NCBI GenBank assembly: GCA_029263235.1
Contig: JAJCXW010000131.1
Span: forward strand, 1 to 63,726
DNA from: Acidimicrobiales bacterium
Lineage (GTDB): Bacteria; Actinomycetota; Acidimicrobiia; Acidimicrobiales; Aldehydirespiratoraceae
Direction of reading: 5' to 3'
DNA length: 63,726 nt
In this document: positions 48,340-58,078 of the stretch, in pieces
Layout: each line of letters starts with the position of its first letter
Position numbering within the stretch: the stretch's first letter is position 1
The notes under the pieces: model-generated
Told to the model about the DNA's origin: nothing
The model's database searches: none
Seen by the model: only the letters and a program-made list of their open reading frames with translations
Translations under genes and position numbers: made by a program

Positions 48340-50319
48340 ATGCGCTTCGCGCTGCTGCTGCTGCTGCCGCTGCTCTGCGCGGTGGCGTCCCGGGCACAGA
48401 CGGTGCCGCCGCTCGTGCCGTCCCTTGACCGTGCCGGCGAGCACGGCGCCGCCCACCGGGGCCTGGCTGCGCGGGGGCCGCTCGGGGATGCGGCGCGCCT
48501 GACGGCGCTGCCGGGCGCGCGTGCCATCTCGAATGCGCTGATGGCCGCCGGCAGCGCGGGCAGCGACCCAGAGGAGGCCAACGCGTTGGATCCCCGGGGC
48601 CTGAGCGAGTTCTCCATTGTCTTTCACCAGTTTACCGCGCACCAGCTGGTGCTGACGGGTGCCGAACCGGGCCAGTCGCTGCCCATGGCCGTGCCGCTGG
48701 GCGACCCCGTCTTTGACCGCCTGCAGCGCGGCGACGCCACGCTGCCCTTTACCCGCACCCGCTCTGTGCTTGAGCCCTCGGCGCGCGACGGCTCCCAGCC
48801 GGTGCCGCTCAACGGCCTCAGCTCCTACCTGGACGGCTCGTCGATCTACGGCACATCGCTGCCGCGGCTGGCTGCCCTGCGCACGGGCCGGGGCGGCCTG
48901 CTGCGGCTGGACGAGCGCGAGATGCTGCCGCTCGTGGGCGACCTGCCCGCTGAACACCGCGCAGGCTTTGCGGTGGACGCTGATGCCGGTGCCAACCCGA
49001 TGCGCCTCTTTGCGGCCGGGGACGTGCGGGCCTCGGAGCACGCCGAGCTGAGCGCCCTGCACACGGTCTGGGCCCGCGAGCACAACGCGCAGGCACGCGC
49101 GGCCGCCGCCGCCCGGCCGGGAGACGGGGACGAGGCGCTGTTTGTGCGGGCGCGCCAGATGGTGCTGGCCGAGCTGCAGCGCATCACCTTTTACGAGGCG
49201 CTGCCGGCGCTGATCGGCCAGCGCAACATGCCGCCCGCCTACCGCGGCTACCGGCGCCCGGCGGCAGACGCCGTCGGCTCGCGGCTCAGCAACGACTTTG
49301 CCACGGCCGCGTACCGCTTTGGCCACTCGATGATCTCGCCACACACGGCGCTGCAGCTGCGCGAAGACGGCACGGTGACGGAGGGCGCGCCCCTGCGCAC
49401 CCTCTTCTTCAACACGACCCACCTGCTCGCGGCCGAACAGGGCGTCGACGGCCTGCTGCGCGGCATGATGGCCCGGGGCGCGCGCGCCGCGAACCGCTTT
49501 GTTGCCGAGGACCTGCGTTCGATGCTCTTCCAGCACGGGCCCCAGGCCGACCCCTCGGCGCCGGGTGCCAGCAATCCCAGCGGCCACGACCTGGCCGCGC
49601 GCAACCTGCAGCGCGGCCGTGACCACCGCCTCGTGCCCTACAATGCCATGCGCATCCGCTACGGCCTGCCGCCGATGCCGACCTTTGTCGCCCTGCTTGG
49701 CGCCGCGCGCAGCCGCGCGCAGCCGCAGGTGGTCGCCGAGCTGCGCCGTTTCTACGGCAGCCCGGACGAGTGCGACGCCTGGCTCTGCGGGCGGCTGGAG
49801 GCCGCCGCGCCGGACAGCTCGCTGGGGCCCCTCTTCACCATGATCATCTCGGACCAGTTTGCCCGGCTGCGCGACCACGACCCCCACTGGTACGAGGCAC
49901 TCGGCCCGGCCGGCACCGGCGGCGACGGCGGCGATCCGCCGGCCCTGCGCAGTGACCCCGAGCAGTTTCGTGGCGCCCACCGGCCGCGTGACGGCAGCGC
50001 CGGTGGCGGCGTCTTCTCGGCCCACGACATGCGCTACCTGCGGGGGCGCACCATGCGCGCCCTGCTCCTGGATAACACCCACATGCACCCGGGCAACCTG
50101 CCGGCAGACTATGATCCCTTTTACACCCCCGGCCAGCACGCCGCCTCGTGCGAGCACAGCGAACACTATCGCAGCCCGCGGTCTAGCGCTGAAAATGTGC
50201 TGCTGCTCGCGGGCGCGGGCGCACTGATGCTGCTGCTGTGGGCTATCTGGCTGCTGACCCGCCCGCCGGCCGGCGTGTACGCGTATGGCGGCGCCGGCGC
50301 AAAGCGTGCCACAGCGTAA
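48340..50319 (+). CDS. Animal-type heme peroxidase family protein, signal peptide and C-terminal TM anchor
   Basis: MRFALLLLLPLLCAVASRAQ signal; FHQFTAHQL (distal His region); GDVRASEHAELSALHTVWAREHN (proximal His region); LQRGRDHRLVPYNAMR; C-terminal hydrophobic LLLAGAGALMLLLWAIWLL. Confidence 0.88.
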   Translation: MRFALLLLLPLLCAVASRAQTVPPLVPSLDRAGEHGAAHRGLAARGPLGDAARLTALPGARAISNALMAAGSAGSDPEEANALDPRGLSEFSIVFHQFTAHQLVLTGAEPGQSLPMAVPLGDPVFDRLQRGDATLPFTRTRSVLEPSARDGSQPVPLNGLSSYLDGSSIYGTSLPRLAALRTGRGGLLRLDEREMLPLVGDLPAEHRAGFAVDADAGANPMRLFAAGDVRASEHAELSALHTVWAREHNAQARAAAAARPGDGDEALFVRARQMVLAELQRITFYEALPALIGQRNMPPAYRGYRRPAADAVGSRLSNDFATAAYRFGHSMISPHTALQLREDGTVTEGAPLRTLFFNTTHLLAAEQGVDGLLRGMMARGARAANRFVAEDLRSMLFQHGPQADPSAPGASNPSGHDLAARNLQRGRDHRLVPYNAMRIRYGLPPMPTFVALLGAARSRAQPQVVAELRRFYGSPDECDAWLCGRLEAAAPDSSLGPLFTMIISDQFARLRDHDPHWYEALGPAGTGGDGGDPPALRSDPEQFRGAHRPRDGSAGGGVFSAHDMRYLRGRTMRALLLDNTHMHPGNLPADYDPFYTPGQHAASCEHSEHYRSPRSSAENVLLLAGAGALMLLLWAIWLLTRPPAGVYAYGGAGAKRATA

Positions 50320-50363
50320 AACGCACGCGGTCCATCCTAGTACATTCGCCACCCACCCCCTCA

Positions 50364-53300
50364 TCACACCCCGCTAGAGTCCCCGGCCTCGTCGGGCGCG
50401 TCTGCGTCGGCAGCCGCAACCACCGCTGGCATCTCGTCCGTCCCACCCAGCGGCGCACCGACGGGCGCGAGCACGGAAACCGTGTTAACGGCGGCAGCGG
50501 CAGCGGCAGCTTTCATCCCGGCCCGCACGGCGCGGATCCCCGGAACAGCCTCTGGTAGCAACGATTGGCTGCGCATGTCTGCGTCTCCGATGATCCAATT
50601 GGACCAAACCCGCGCCGTCGTCACGTCTGTGTCGGGGTCGAGGCCGAGGTCGCGCACTGCGTTGCGAAACGTGACAAAATCCGGCTCCTCTGGGTACGAC
50701 AATCTCTGCTTCTGCGCCATCCTGGCCAGTCCCGCCGGGTCGGCCCCAAGGATGATCGCGAAAAGCACTATGTTGTGCGCCCGGCTGTGAGAGCCGGAAG
50801 AGTGGCGTTCCTCGAGCAGCCACCGAAACACCGACGGGTGCCCGTCGAATAGTCGAGCCGCCCGCGATTTCAAGTGGAAATCCACCAACGCGAAAATCAG
50901 CGACCGTTCATCTTGCGCCGACAGTGGGGTCTTGCCAGTGCAATTCTCGTCCCCGGTAAGGTACCCGCGGAGCAGGCCAGAGTTGTTCAGACTGGCGTCG
51001 GCACCGTCGATGCTGGCAATGGCGTCAGCTCTAGTGTGGGCGATATCTCTAACGTGGACGTCGACATGGGCGTCGGCGTCGGCGTTGGCTGGCCAGAGGA
51101 GCAGATAAACCCGCTCAATGTCTCCCAGGCAAACTGCCTCTGTCAGCAGACGCGGCTGGAGCACGGGCCGTGCGCGCAGCTCGCCGAGCGCCGGCCCGAT
51201 CCGCCATTTGATCATTGACGTAGGGACGTCGTGGGGGTTCTCGTATCCACGCACCAACAAGAGGCTGTCTGTCATAAGTTGTGATCCGTGTGCCGCGATC
51301 CAGGCGTCCGCCTCGCGTCGATCCTGGTCCCCGTGGAGAGAAAACTCGTACGGCGCCCCATCTGACGGCCAGGCGCGGAGAATTCCCAGCTGCACCAGTC
51401 GGTTGACCGCGGGCTGGTGTTCCTTGTTGTTGCGGTCCAGGAACCGGCCAGTCCACCAAGGCCCGGGAGGTCCTAGCATCAGCAAGCATGCTAGCCCCGC
51501 CGCCGCCGCCTCTCTCTGCTCGTTGGCGTCGTACCGGTCCAATCGTGCGCAATCGTTGATTATAGCGGGGTCGGGTATTAGGTGGATTAACACTTCCCGA
51601 TGAATCGAGGCACGAAGCAGGTCACTCATCACAATGGAGGGATGCGTCATCACGTGGGTAATGCACTCTACATCCGGTCCCCTGATCGTGCGGTGCGGGT
51701 TGATAGGGTTCTCTTCGGCATCTCGCCGCGGGAAAACTGCCTTGGTGCGCAGACACCGCGTAAACAGATCGACAACAGCGCGCTGACAAAGTTCTACTGG
51801 CCCAGGCACGAGATCTTGCACTGCCTGGCTCAGCAGACAGTCTACCATTTCCACCGTGTCGCAGTTGGAGAACAGGCACGCATAGAGGGGCATGTTTCCG
51901 TCCCCCTGTACCATGCGCGCCCATGTGGTGCTGTTGGTGTCACTGCGCCGGTTCGCGGCCTGCAGTGCTCGCATCAGCACGTCGGGCTCTCCTCGTTGCA
52001 CGACGCAGCAGAGCAGCCTTCGAAGGTCTCCGACGCGCACTGCCCTTGCCGGCACAGATGGCCGGGGCTGCGTGTCAGCATAGGCGACAACCCCGCTGAT
52101 GAAAATCTCCAGCAGACGCGGAGGTCCCCGCTGGGCAACCGTTTCCAGCGCCGTGATGCTTAGATCGGCCACCTTGGCGGGTTCTGCTCCCGGGAGGCCA
52201 CTGGGGGCAGACCAGGTGAGGAGGTCGCCGATCGTTTCCACCGATTGGTTGCAGATTTCCACGCTTGCACGCACGTCGACATGCTTCCAAACGCTTGGGT
52301 ACCGGTCGATGCACACTAACACCTCGGTTTTGAGCAGGCTGGACCAGTAAGCAGATGGCGAGGTCTGTAGCTCGTGCAGTCGAGTCAGGGGGTCCGGGGT
52401 AAAAGTGTCATGGAGAGGGTCATAAAAGTGATGACGGACCACAGTTTCGTGGGCCAACAGTTGTCTGACCTGCCGGCGTGGGATGCGACCAATCTCTCCG
52501 AGTGACTCAAACATGTCCTCGCGGTTCTTGTTGTCCCATAACGCTTCTGGTCCCACGGACAAGGCGCGAAGGACAGACGGCACACGGCTGGTCATCTTCT
52601 CCACCTGCATCGATTCGCAGAGCAGCGTGTTGGACACGCGTCTCAGCACAGAAAGCAGCGTCGTCGGTTTCGTGTGCTGCGGTGCCGGGGCAAACCGGTC
52701 CGAATCATCAGAGGCGTCGAGCGCGACACCAACATCCACCAGCTTGCCCAGAAAGATCGCAAGCGCGCCCGTCTCCGGTCTGAATTCTGGAAACAGAAAC
52801 GGCTTCGGGGTAGCCAGTGTGTGTAACCAGTGCAGCCACAGCTGCGGGTCGAGCACGAGCGAGCGCATCTCCGGGCAGCTGGTGCCCAGCACAACCAGGA
52901 CCGGCACCGGCGCCGGTTGGCGGCCGGCTCGCAGCACCTCTGAGACGAGGATTGGCGGGAGGGCAAAGATCAGCGAGCCCGGTGCGATCGCGTCCAGAGC
53001 AACCCCGCTGCCCAGCGTGGTCGCCGCAGCCTCCGCAGCCTCCGCAGCCTCTGTCGGTGTCGGCGCAGACTGCACACCCGTGCTCGTCCGGGAGCGTTTT
53101 GCCGCCGGGCGCCCGCCGTCATCCGATTTTCTCTTTTTCGCGCCGCCGGATCCATCGGCCGTCCCCACCGGCCCGGCGTCGTCTACCTCCACGTCTACCT
53201 CCACGCCGCAGGCACTGCGTTCCGCCATCAGCACGTCCCGCAGCTCGTCGCGGGCTGCGGCCGGTGAGGCGGAAAAGCTCGACCGCTCACCGGCTGCGGA

Positions 53301-53879
53301 AAACCACCTAACGTCGGCGATGAGCGCCTCCGGTGCCGTAGCCGCCAGCCGACTGGCCATCTCCAGACAGGCAACATCCGCAAGACGATACAGCTGGATC
53401 ACGGGTGCATAGACAAGCAGGTTGCAGAAGCTCTGCGGGCCCAGTGCCGCCACCAGCTCCTGCTCCCACGCAAAGGCCTGGGAGCCGGTAGCGGAGGTTG
53501 TGGCGAGCTCGGAAAAAGACAAATCCCGGTCGGTGCCTTTGACCGCCCAGCTGTCCACGGCTGTCATGACATCTTGCGGCGCCCCAAGCTCCAGTGGCGT
53601 CGACTGCCCGGACGCCGTGTTCGCCCAGCCCAGCAGGTCGAACCTTCTGGCCTCAGCCCAGCACGTGGGGGGCGCCACGCTCGGCGGCTGCTGAAAGTTG
53701 TCGGGATTCCGCCGAATCTGCATGAGCAGGGTGGGGTAATGGCCCAGGCGGCTCAGAAGCAGCCGATGGCTGCTCCCGTCCGAGCAGCACACATTGACGG
53801 ATCGGCCCCAGTCAATGCCCAGCTCTCTTCCGCGCAGTATATCGAAGGGAATCTGGTGCTTGACGTGCACCGGCGCCAT
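50364..53879 (-). CDS. Large hypothetical protein (1171 aa)
   Basis: The ORF opens at GTG 53921. ATG 53879 (MAPVHVKHQ...) lies ~55 nt downstream of the CCATAAAAGGGCGG box. It has degenerate helical repeats, and the C-terminal two-thirds is encoded by GC-poorer DNA. Confidence 0.6.
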   Translation of the reverse strand: MAPVHVKHQIPFDILRGRELGIDWGRSVNVCCSDGSSHRLLLSRLGHYPTLLMQIRRNPDNFQQPPSVAPPTCWAEARRFDLLGWANTASGQSTPLELGAPQDVMTAVDSWAVKGTDRDLSFSELATTSATGSQAFAWEQELVAALGPQSFCNLLVYAPVIQLYRLADVACLEMASRLAATAPEALIADVRWFSAAGERSSFSASPAAARDELRDVLMAERSACGVEVDVEVDDAGPVGTADGSGGAKKRKSDDGGRPAAKRSRTSTGVQSAPTPTEAAEAAEAAATTLGSGVALDAIAPGSLIFALPPILVSEVLRAGRQPAPVPVLVVLGTSCPEMRSLVLDPQLWLHWLHTLATPKPFLFPEFRPETGALAIFLGKLVDVGVALDASDDSDRFAPAPQHTKPTTLLSVLRRVSNTLLCESMQVEKMTSRVPSVLRALSVGPEALWDNKNREDMFESLGEIGRIPRRQVRQLLAHETVVRHHFYDPLHDTFTPDPLTRLHELQTSPSAYWSSLLKTEVLVCIDRYPSVWKHVDVRASVEICNQSVETIGDLLTWSAPSGLPGAEPAKVADLSITALETVAQRGPPRLLEIFISGVVAYADTQPRPSVPARAVRVGDLRRLLCCVVQRGEPDVLMRALQAANRRSDTNSTTWARMVQGDGNMPLYACLFSNCDTVEMVDCLLSQAVQDLVPGPVELCQRAVVDLFTRCLRTKAVFPRRDAEENPINPHRTIRGPDVECITHVMTHPSIVMSDLLRASIHREVLIHLIPDPAIINDCARLDRYDANEQREAAAAGLACLLMLGPPGPWWTGRFLDRNNKEHQPAVNRLVQLGILRAWPSDGAPYEFSLHGDQDRREADAWIAAHGSQLMTDSLLLVRGYENPHDVPTSMIKWRIGPALGELRARPVLQPRLLTEAVCLGDIERVYLLLWPANADADAHVDVHVRDIAHTRADAIASIDGADASLNNSGLLRGYLTGDENCTGKTPLSAQDERSLIFALVDFHLKSRAARLFDGHPSVFRWLLEERHSSGSHSRAHNIVLFAIILGADPAGLARMAQKQRLSYPEEPDFVTFRNAVRDLGLDPDTDVTTARVWSNWIIGDADMRSQSLLPEAVPGIRAVRAGMKAAAAAAAVNTVSVLAPVGAPLGGTDEMPAVVAAADADAPDEAGDSSGV

Positions 53880-53928
53880 TACCGCACGGCCAGGAGGCGG
53901 GGGCGGGACGGGAGGCGGCACACCACCG

Positions 53929-53957
53929 CCCTTTTATGGACCACCTGGAACACGCCA
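53929..53957. promoter_or_regulatory. Divergent promoter elements between genes 50364-53879 and 54109-54636
   Basis: Minus-strand CCATAAAAGGGCGG lies ~55 nt upstream of ATG 53879. The adjacent plus-strand CCTGGAACACGCC element faces the + gene. Confidence 0.45.
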
Positions 53958-54043
53958 CGGTTCGCACACGTTCTATCCCGCCGGTCTTCAGATCCGGATA
54001 GCGCGCATCGCGCCAGCGTGTGCGACAACCACATGCGGCCTGC

Positions 54044-54052
54044 CTTATAACC
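54044..54052 (+). promoter_or_regulatory. CTTATAACC core box for gene 54109-54636
   Basis: GCCTTATAACCACG is 65 nt upstream of the ATG. The same CTTATAACC occurs at 57989-57999 (minus strand). Confidence 0.4.
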
Positions 54053-54108
54053 ACGCCGGCTCGGTCGCGCAGGCCCTTTCCCCCCCCCCTCCTCCGTGTG
54101 TCGTAGAG

Positions 54109-54636
54109 ATGAGCGACGAGCGCACAGCCGCACCGCTGCCCGTCCATGCGACGGTGGCCTATGATGTGCATGATGTGTGGCATGGAGGGCCTGGCAGCAC
54201 CCTTACCTTTGCGGGATTTTCCCCGACGCGCTGCTGGCACGGAACCCTCGACGGAACCATGCCCACCTTTGCCGATCAGGCGATCGTGGTGGCTGCCCAT
54301 GTGGCCAGCTGCCTGGCGTCTGTGCCAAGTGACCGCGCGCTCGTGTGCGTCTTTGAGGCAAATCTTGGCGCGGAAGCTTACCACTGGCGCCGGGCAATGG
54401 CAGAGGCCTTTCCAGACGACCCCCGTGTGCACTTTTTCCACGAGGGCACCAAGCCCGGGCTGCAGGTGACCTTTGCCAAGCTGGCATGCGCGGGCATGCG
54501 CGGAATCGGTGTGCTTCCGGACACCCTGTGTGCCGCGGCGGGCAAAGTGCAGACGGAGCAGGTGCGCCTGTGCGCCCACGAACACGCGCTGCTGGCGGCA
54601 GCGTATGCGTGGTACTGCCTGGAGGCGTCCGTGTAA
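54109..54636 (+). CDS. Hypothetical protein
   Basis: Trimmed to ATG 54109 (MSDERTAAP...), 65 nt downstream of the CTTATAACC box. Confidence 0.45.
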   Translation: MSDERTAAPLPVHATVAYDVHDVWHGGPGSTLTFAGFSPTRCWHGTLDGTMPTFADQAIVVAAHVASCLASVPSDRALVCVFEANLGAEAYHWRRAMAEAFPDDPRVHFFHEGTKPGLQVTFAKLACAGMRGIGVLPDTLCAAAGKVQTEQVRLCAHEHALLAAAYAWYCLEASV

Positions 54637-54712
54637 AGCGTCAGTGGTTACATCCCACGCTGGCCGCCGGTGCCGGAAAATGGCCCAACCCGGCCGTCCG
54701 CATGTTCCGCCG

Positions 54713-54732
54713 GTGTTCCGATAGCAGAACAC
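54713..54732 (+). terminator. Short hairpin downstream of gene 54109-54636
   Basis: GTGTTC cgatagca GAACAC, a 6-bp stem, lies ~75 nt after the stop. It overlaps the upstream element of the next gene, so its role is ambiguous. Confidence 0.3.
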
Positions 54733-54756
54733 TGGTGCCACAAATAACATAAAAGC
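54727..54756 (+). promoter_or_regulatory. Promoter-like module of the ankyrin gene 54842-56689
   Basis: AGCAGAACACTGG followed by ACATAAAAGCGACC (54748-56). This is the same CATAAAAGCG core as at 44414. Confidence 0.4.
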
Positions 54757-54800
54757 GACCGTGCGTTTTCGTGTCTGCATCTCCGCCACTTTTATCACCC

Positions 54801-54825
54801 GACCCGACCCGACCCGACCCGACCC
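54801..54825. repeat. (GACCC)5 pentanucleotide microsatellite in the 5' leader of the ankyrin gene
   Basis: Read directly. It lies between the CATAAAAG box and ATG 54842. Confidence 0.85.
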
Positions 54826-54841
54826 CACCACCCACCCCGCC

Positions 54842-56689
54842 ATGCCACGCCGCAAACGCCGGGATTCGACCGATACCGAAGCCGATGCGCCGGCTGCGCT
54901 GGCCGTGCAGCAGGCCAAGCGCGCGCGTCCCTCGTCGATCGTTCTGAACGGGGAGGCACGCGTGCAGCAGGCGCTGGAACAGCGCGACATGGCGGAGCTG
55001 GCACATCTGCTGCGCGACGGCGTGTCGGCCAGCAGCGCAGCACTGCTCGAGGCCGTGCGCACCGGCCAGCCCCGCGCCGTGGACATGCTGCTACGCGCCC
55101 GGGCGCCGGTAGTGGTGCCCGACGCCGCCGACACGGAGCAGCCGCTGAGCGTGGCGCTGCACCGCGACCGCGACTACCGCTGCCGCGACGAGATTGCGCT
55201 GGCGCTCGTGAAGGCTGGCGCCTCGCTGGACGCCCGCGTGCCGACTCGGGCCGACTATGTGCGCATTGGCCAGCCCTCCTCGCATAGCGTGCTGGAGATG
55301 GTGGTGACACCGGGCAGCTGGCAGCTTGACAAGCTGCTCGAGGCCGTGCTGCAGCGCGGCGGCACTGCGCTGGTGCAGCGCGACGGCGCTGCCGCGGTGC
55401 GCCGCGCGGCGCTGTTCAGCGGCGGCTGCAACATGCACGCTGCGATACGTCGCCTTTTCCGGGCCGGTGTCAACCCACGCGATCCAGAACTTCGCGGTCT
55501 GCTGCAGACGTTGCTGAGGCGCCACTACGGCTGCCTGGATCATGCCACGGTCGCGCTGCTGCTTGAGTGCGGCCTGCCGGCCACCGGGCCGGTCAGCGTC
55601 GCCGACACCTGCACGCCGCTACAGGCCGCGCTGGCCGTGCGCGCTACCACCGACCCGCGGCCTAGCTCCGTCAGCCCCGAGGACCCCGAACTGCTGCTAC
55701 TGGCGCAACGCAGCGTGGCGGCGCTGGTGCGCGCCGGTGCCGACACGGGCCGGCTCGACGACGCGCAGCGCCAGCGTATGGAGGCGGCGCTGGCCGCCGT
55801 GGCCGCGGCCGACGCCGTCGCTGTCGCCGAGGCGGCGGCACGGGAGGCGCTGCATACTAGCCGCTGGTGCTGCCGTAACGAGATCTCGACGGCACCCGAT
55901 TGCAACACTCGCCAGTGCGGGCAGCGCTTTTCCAGCTACGCCGACTGGAAGGCGCACCGCTGCGAGGACTGGGACCAGGGCGAGTGCGCCGCGCCATGTG
56001 TCTGCGGCCAGACACCCTGCGAGCGCTGCTTCGAGGTGTTTCGGCCGAGCTACGAGTACGAGTGCGGCGGCAACTGCGCCTACACCACCACCGATCCGGC
56101 GCTCGCCCTGGAGCACCGGCAGCGCTGCCAGGAGCTGTGGCGGCGCCGCCCGCGCGCCGAGTGCCTGTGCGGCGTGCGCCGCGGCGCACCCTGTCCCATG
56201 GCGCCGGACCAGCAGCCCTGCTTTGACGGCTCGGCGCCGCAGTGCCGCCACTGCCTCGAGGTGGAGCAGCTGAACGCACCGGCAGGCCTCAACCCCGAGG
56301 ACGACATCTACCACCGGCGCCGGCGCCTTTGCGGTCTCGCCGGCGGCGTGTTGCACGAGGTGCACATGTGGGGCTCGGTGGCCGGTGACACTGACGACAT
56401 CAACGACGACCGACAGTTTAGCGCGCTGATGCTCTTTGCCGACGACGCCCAGTACGAGGCGGCACGCGCCGATGGCTTTTGCGCCGCCGCACAGTCGCTG
56501 CGCCGCAACATGCCTGCACGTGCGCTGGCCTACGACTACCAGCTTGACGCCGGGCCAACGGAGGACCCGCCGCGGCTGCGTTCTCTGCGTGTCATGGCCT
56601 GCCTCAACAACGCCGCTCAGCGCCACCGGCCCGTCTCTGGGGAGCGTGGCAGCATGCAGCGCATTGTGCCGTTTGTGCCGGCGCACTAG
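54842..56689 (+). CDS. Ankyrin-repeat protein with Cys-rich C-terminal domain
   Basis: The ORF opens at GTG 54761 and the first ATG is at 54842 (MPRRKRRDS...). Ankyrin-like units include ALLEAVRTGQPRAVDMLLRARAPV, EIALALVKAGASLDAR and TPLQAALAV. The C-terminal ~250 aa are rich in Cys/His. Confidence 0.6.
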   Translation: MPRRKRRDSTDTEADAPAALAVQQAKRARPSSIVLNGEARVQQALEQRDMAELAHLLRDGVSASSAALLEAVRTGQPRAVDMLLRARAPVVVPDAADTEQPLSVALHRDRDYRCRDEIALALVKAGASLDARVPTRADYVRIGQPSSHSVLEMVVTPGSWQLDKLLEAVLQRGGTALVQRDGAAAVRRAALFSGGCNMHAAIRRLFRAGVNPRDPELRGLLQTLLRRHYGCLDHATVALLLECGLPATGPVSVADTCTPLQAALAVRATTDPRPSSVSPEDPELLLLAQRSVAALVRAGADTGRLDDAQRQRMEAALAAVAAADAVAVAEAAAREALHTSRWCCRNEISTAPDCNTRQCGQRFSSYADWKAHRCEDWDQGECAAPCVCGQTPCERCFEVFRPSYEYECGGNCAYTTTDPALALEHRQRCQELWRRRPRAECLCGVRRGAPCPMAPDQQPCFDGSAPQCRHCLEVEQLNAPAGLNPEDDIYHRRRRLCGLAGGVLHEVHMWGSVAGDTDDINDDRQFSALMLFADDAQYEAARADGFCAAAQSLRRNMPARALAYDYQLDAGPTEDPPRLRSLRVMACLNNAAQRHRPVSGERGSMQRIVPFVPAH

Positions 56690-56706
56690 CCGCGGGTCGG
56701 AAGGGG

Positions 56707-56720
56707 GTAAACATTTACAC
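56707..56720. terminator. Bidirectional GTAAAC...TTTAC element at convergent junction 56689/56779
   Basis: GGGGGTAAACATTTACACAC lies 18 nt after the plus-strand stop and ~60 nt after the minus-strand stop. Confidence 0.45.
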
Positions 56721-56778
56721 ACGACACTCGGCGCCGGCGGCAGCGGCGGCACTGTGCGCTCGCCGGCGCCTTTCCCTC

Positions 56779-57945
56779 TCACTGGCCACCTTCGTCGGCG
56801 AGTGGGTGCAGATCCTCCGCATCCGCGACCATGAAGGCACCAACCCGCTCGGCCAGCAGCGGCCCATGCATCAAGGCATGCAACACCGCGCGGCACGTTT
56901 CGGCAGTGCCTCCGCCGGGCGCACCCGCCTGCAGCATCGTGGGCTCGACGTTTCGCGCGCGCAGGAACGCGGGACGCATTGCCAGGCAGACCTGTGCACA
57001 GACCGCCGCGGCACAGGTCGCCTTTGTGGTAGACAGCACCGGCAGGCCGACCTCCTGGGCGAGGTACTGCAGCAGGATCTCCTTGTCTTCGCCGGAGATG
57101 GCGTCGAGGGCGACCGGGACGCGGCGCGCCGTGGCCGCATTACGCCCCCAGGCCAGCAGAACGCCGACGGGCAAGCTCCCATGCGACGGGCCGGGCAGCG
57201 CGCCGGCCACGGGGTGCACCAGCACGGCGCAAAAGTGCACGAGGGGCAGGATGAACGCGGGCGAGACGTCGACGTCTGCCAGCATCCGGCCGACGCGTGG
57301 CCCCCGGTTGGCGCGAATGTGCACCCGCCGCCCGCCCGGCTGCACAGTGGCCGACACCCGCAGAGCCGCGTCCAGCACGACGGGGCGGGGAATCCTCACA
57401 CCCTGGCCGTTCCTGCACAGCTCGGCAAGCCGGGCCCAAAAAGGCGACACGCGCCCGTCCGCCTCTGCGCCCGTCTGCTTTCCGGCCAGTGTCAGCTGAA
57501 TCTGCCCCGCTCGCCGCTCTGCCGTCCCTGGCACTGGGCTAAACGCGACCAGGTCGACCCCTCCGTACACGAGCTTCAGATGGACGATGGGGTGGTAGCG
57601 CCCGGCCTCGAACGCAGCCGTTGGGTCCGCAGGACGGTACACGGCGGCGAGAATTCTCGCCAACGGCACACGGACCCGCTCGACACAGTCGACGTAAACC
57701 GGCCTGCTGGGGTCGTAGGTGCCCGCCATCATATCGTTGTGCATGTCGTCGACCGCCGAGGATCGCTGCCACCACAGGACGAGGCTCCACTGGCCGGCCT
57801 CTCGGAGGAACTGGCAGGTAACCACGCGTCCGTCCTGGAGACGGGCAATGTACGAGGGAGTGTTGTTGTGCTTCTCGCCGTATCGCTGGCCCCCATCGCT
57901 TTCCCGGACCCGGCGACCGTCGCTGTTTGTCGCCAAGGGATCCAT
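56779..57945 (-). CDS. Hypothetical protein
   Basis: The ORF opens at GTG 57972. ATG 57945 (MDPLATNS...) lies ~45-50 nt downstream of the CTTATAACC box. Composition is far more protein-like than the overlapping + strand ORF. Confidence 0.5.
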   Translation of the reverse strand: MDPLATNSDGRRVRESDGGQRYGEKHNNTPSYIARLQDGRVVTCQFLREAGQWSLVLWWQRSSAVDDMHNDMMAGTYDPSRPVYVDCVERVRVPLARILAAVYRPADPTAAFEAGRYHPIVHLKLVYGGVDLVAFSPVPGTAERRAGQIQLTLAGKQTGAEADGRVSPFWARLAELCRNGQGVRIPRPVVLDAALRVSATVQPGGRRVHIRANRGPRVGRMLADVDVSPAFILPLVHFCAVLVHPVAGALPGPSHGSLPVGVLLAWGRNAATARRVPVALDAISGEDKEILLQYLAQEVGLPVLSTTKATCAAAVCAQVCLAMRPAFLRARNVEPTMLQAGAPGGGTAETCRAVLHALMHGPLLAERVGAFMVADAEDLHPLADEGGQ

Positions 57946-57988
57946 CCGAGGCGAGGGCAGGATCAGTTGCACAACGCGGCCGGTGCAG

Positions 57989-57999
57989 GTTATAAGTAC
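57989..57999. promoter_or_regulatory. Palindromic TTATAA core shared by divergent genes 56779-57945 and 58079-60862
   Basis: GGTTATAAGTAC lies ~45-50 nt from ATG 57945 (minus) and ~85 nt from ATG 58079 (plus). Confidence 0.35.
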
Positions 58000-58039
58000 G
58001 CCGTACTGCCGCGCGCATCCGTGCCTATCACACCGCCGG

Positions 58040-58074
<35 letters not shown>

Positions 58075-58078
58075 TTTG

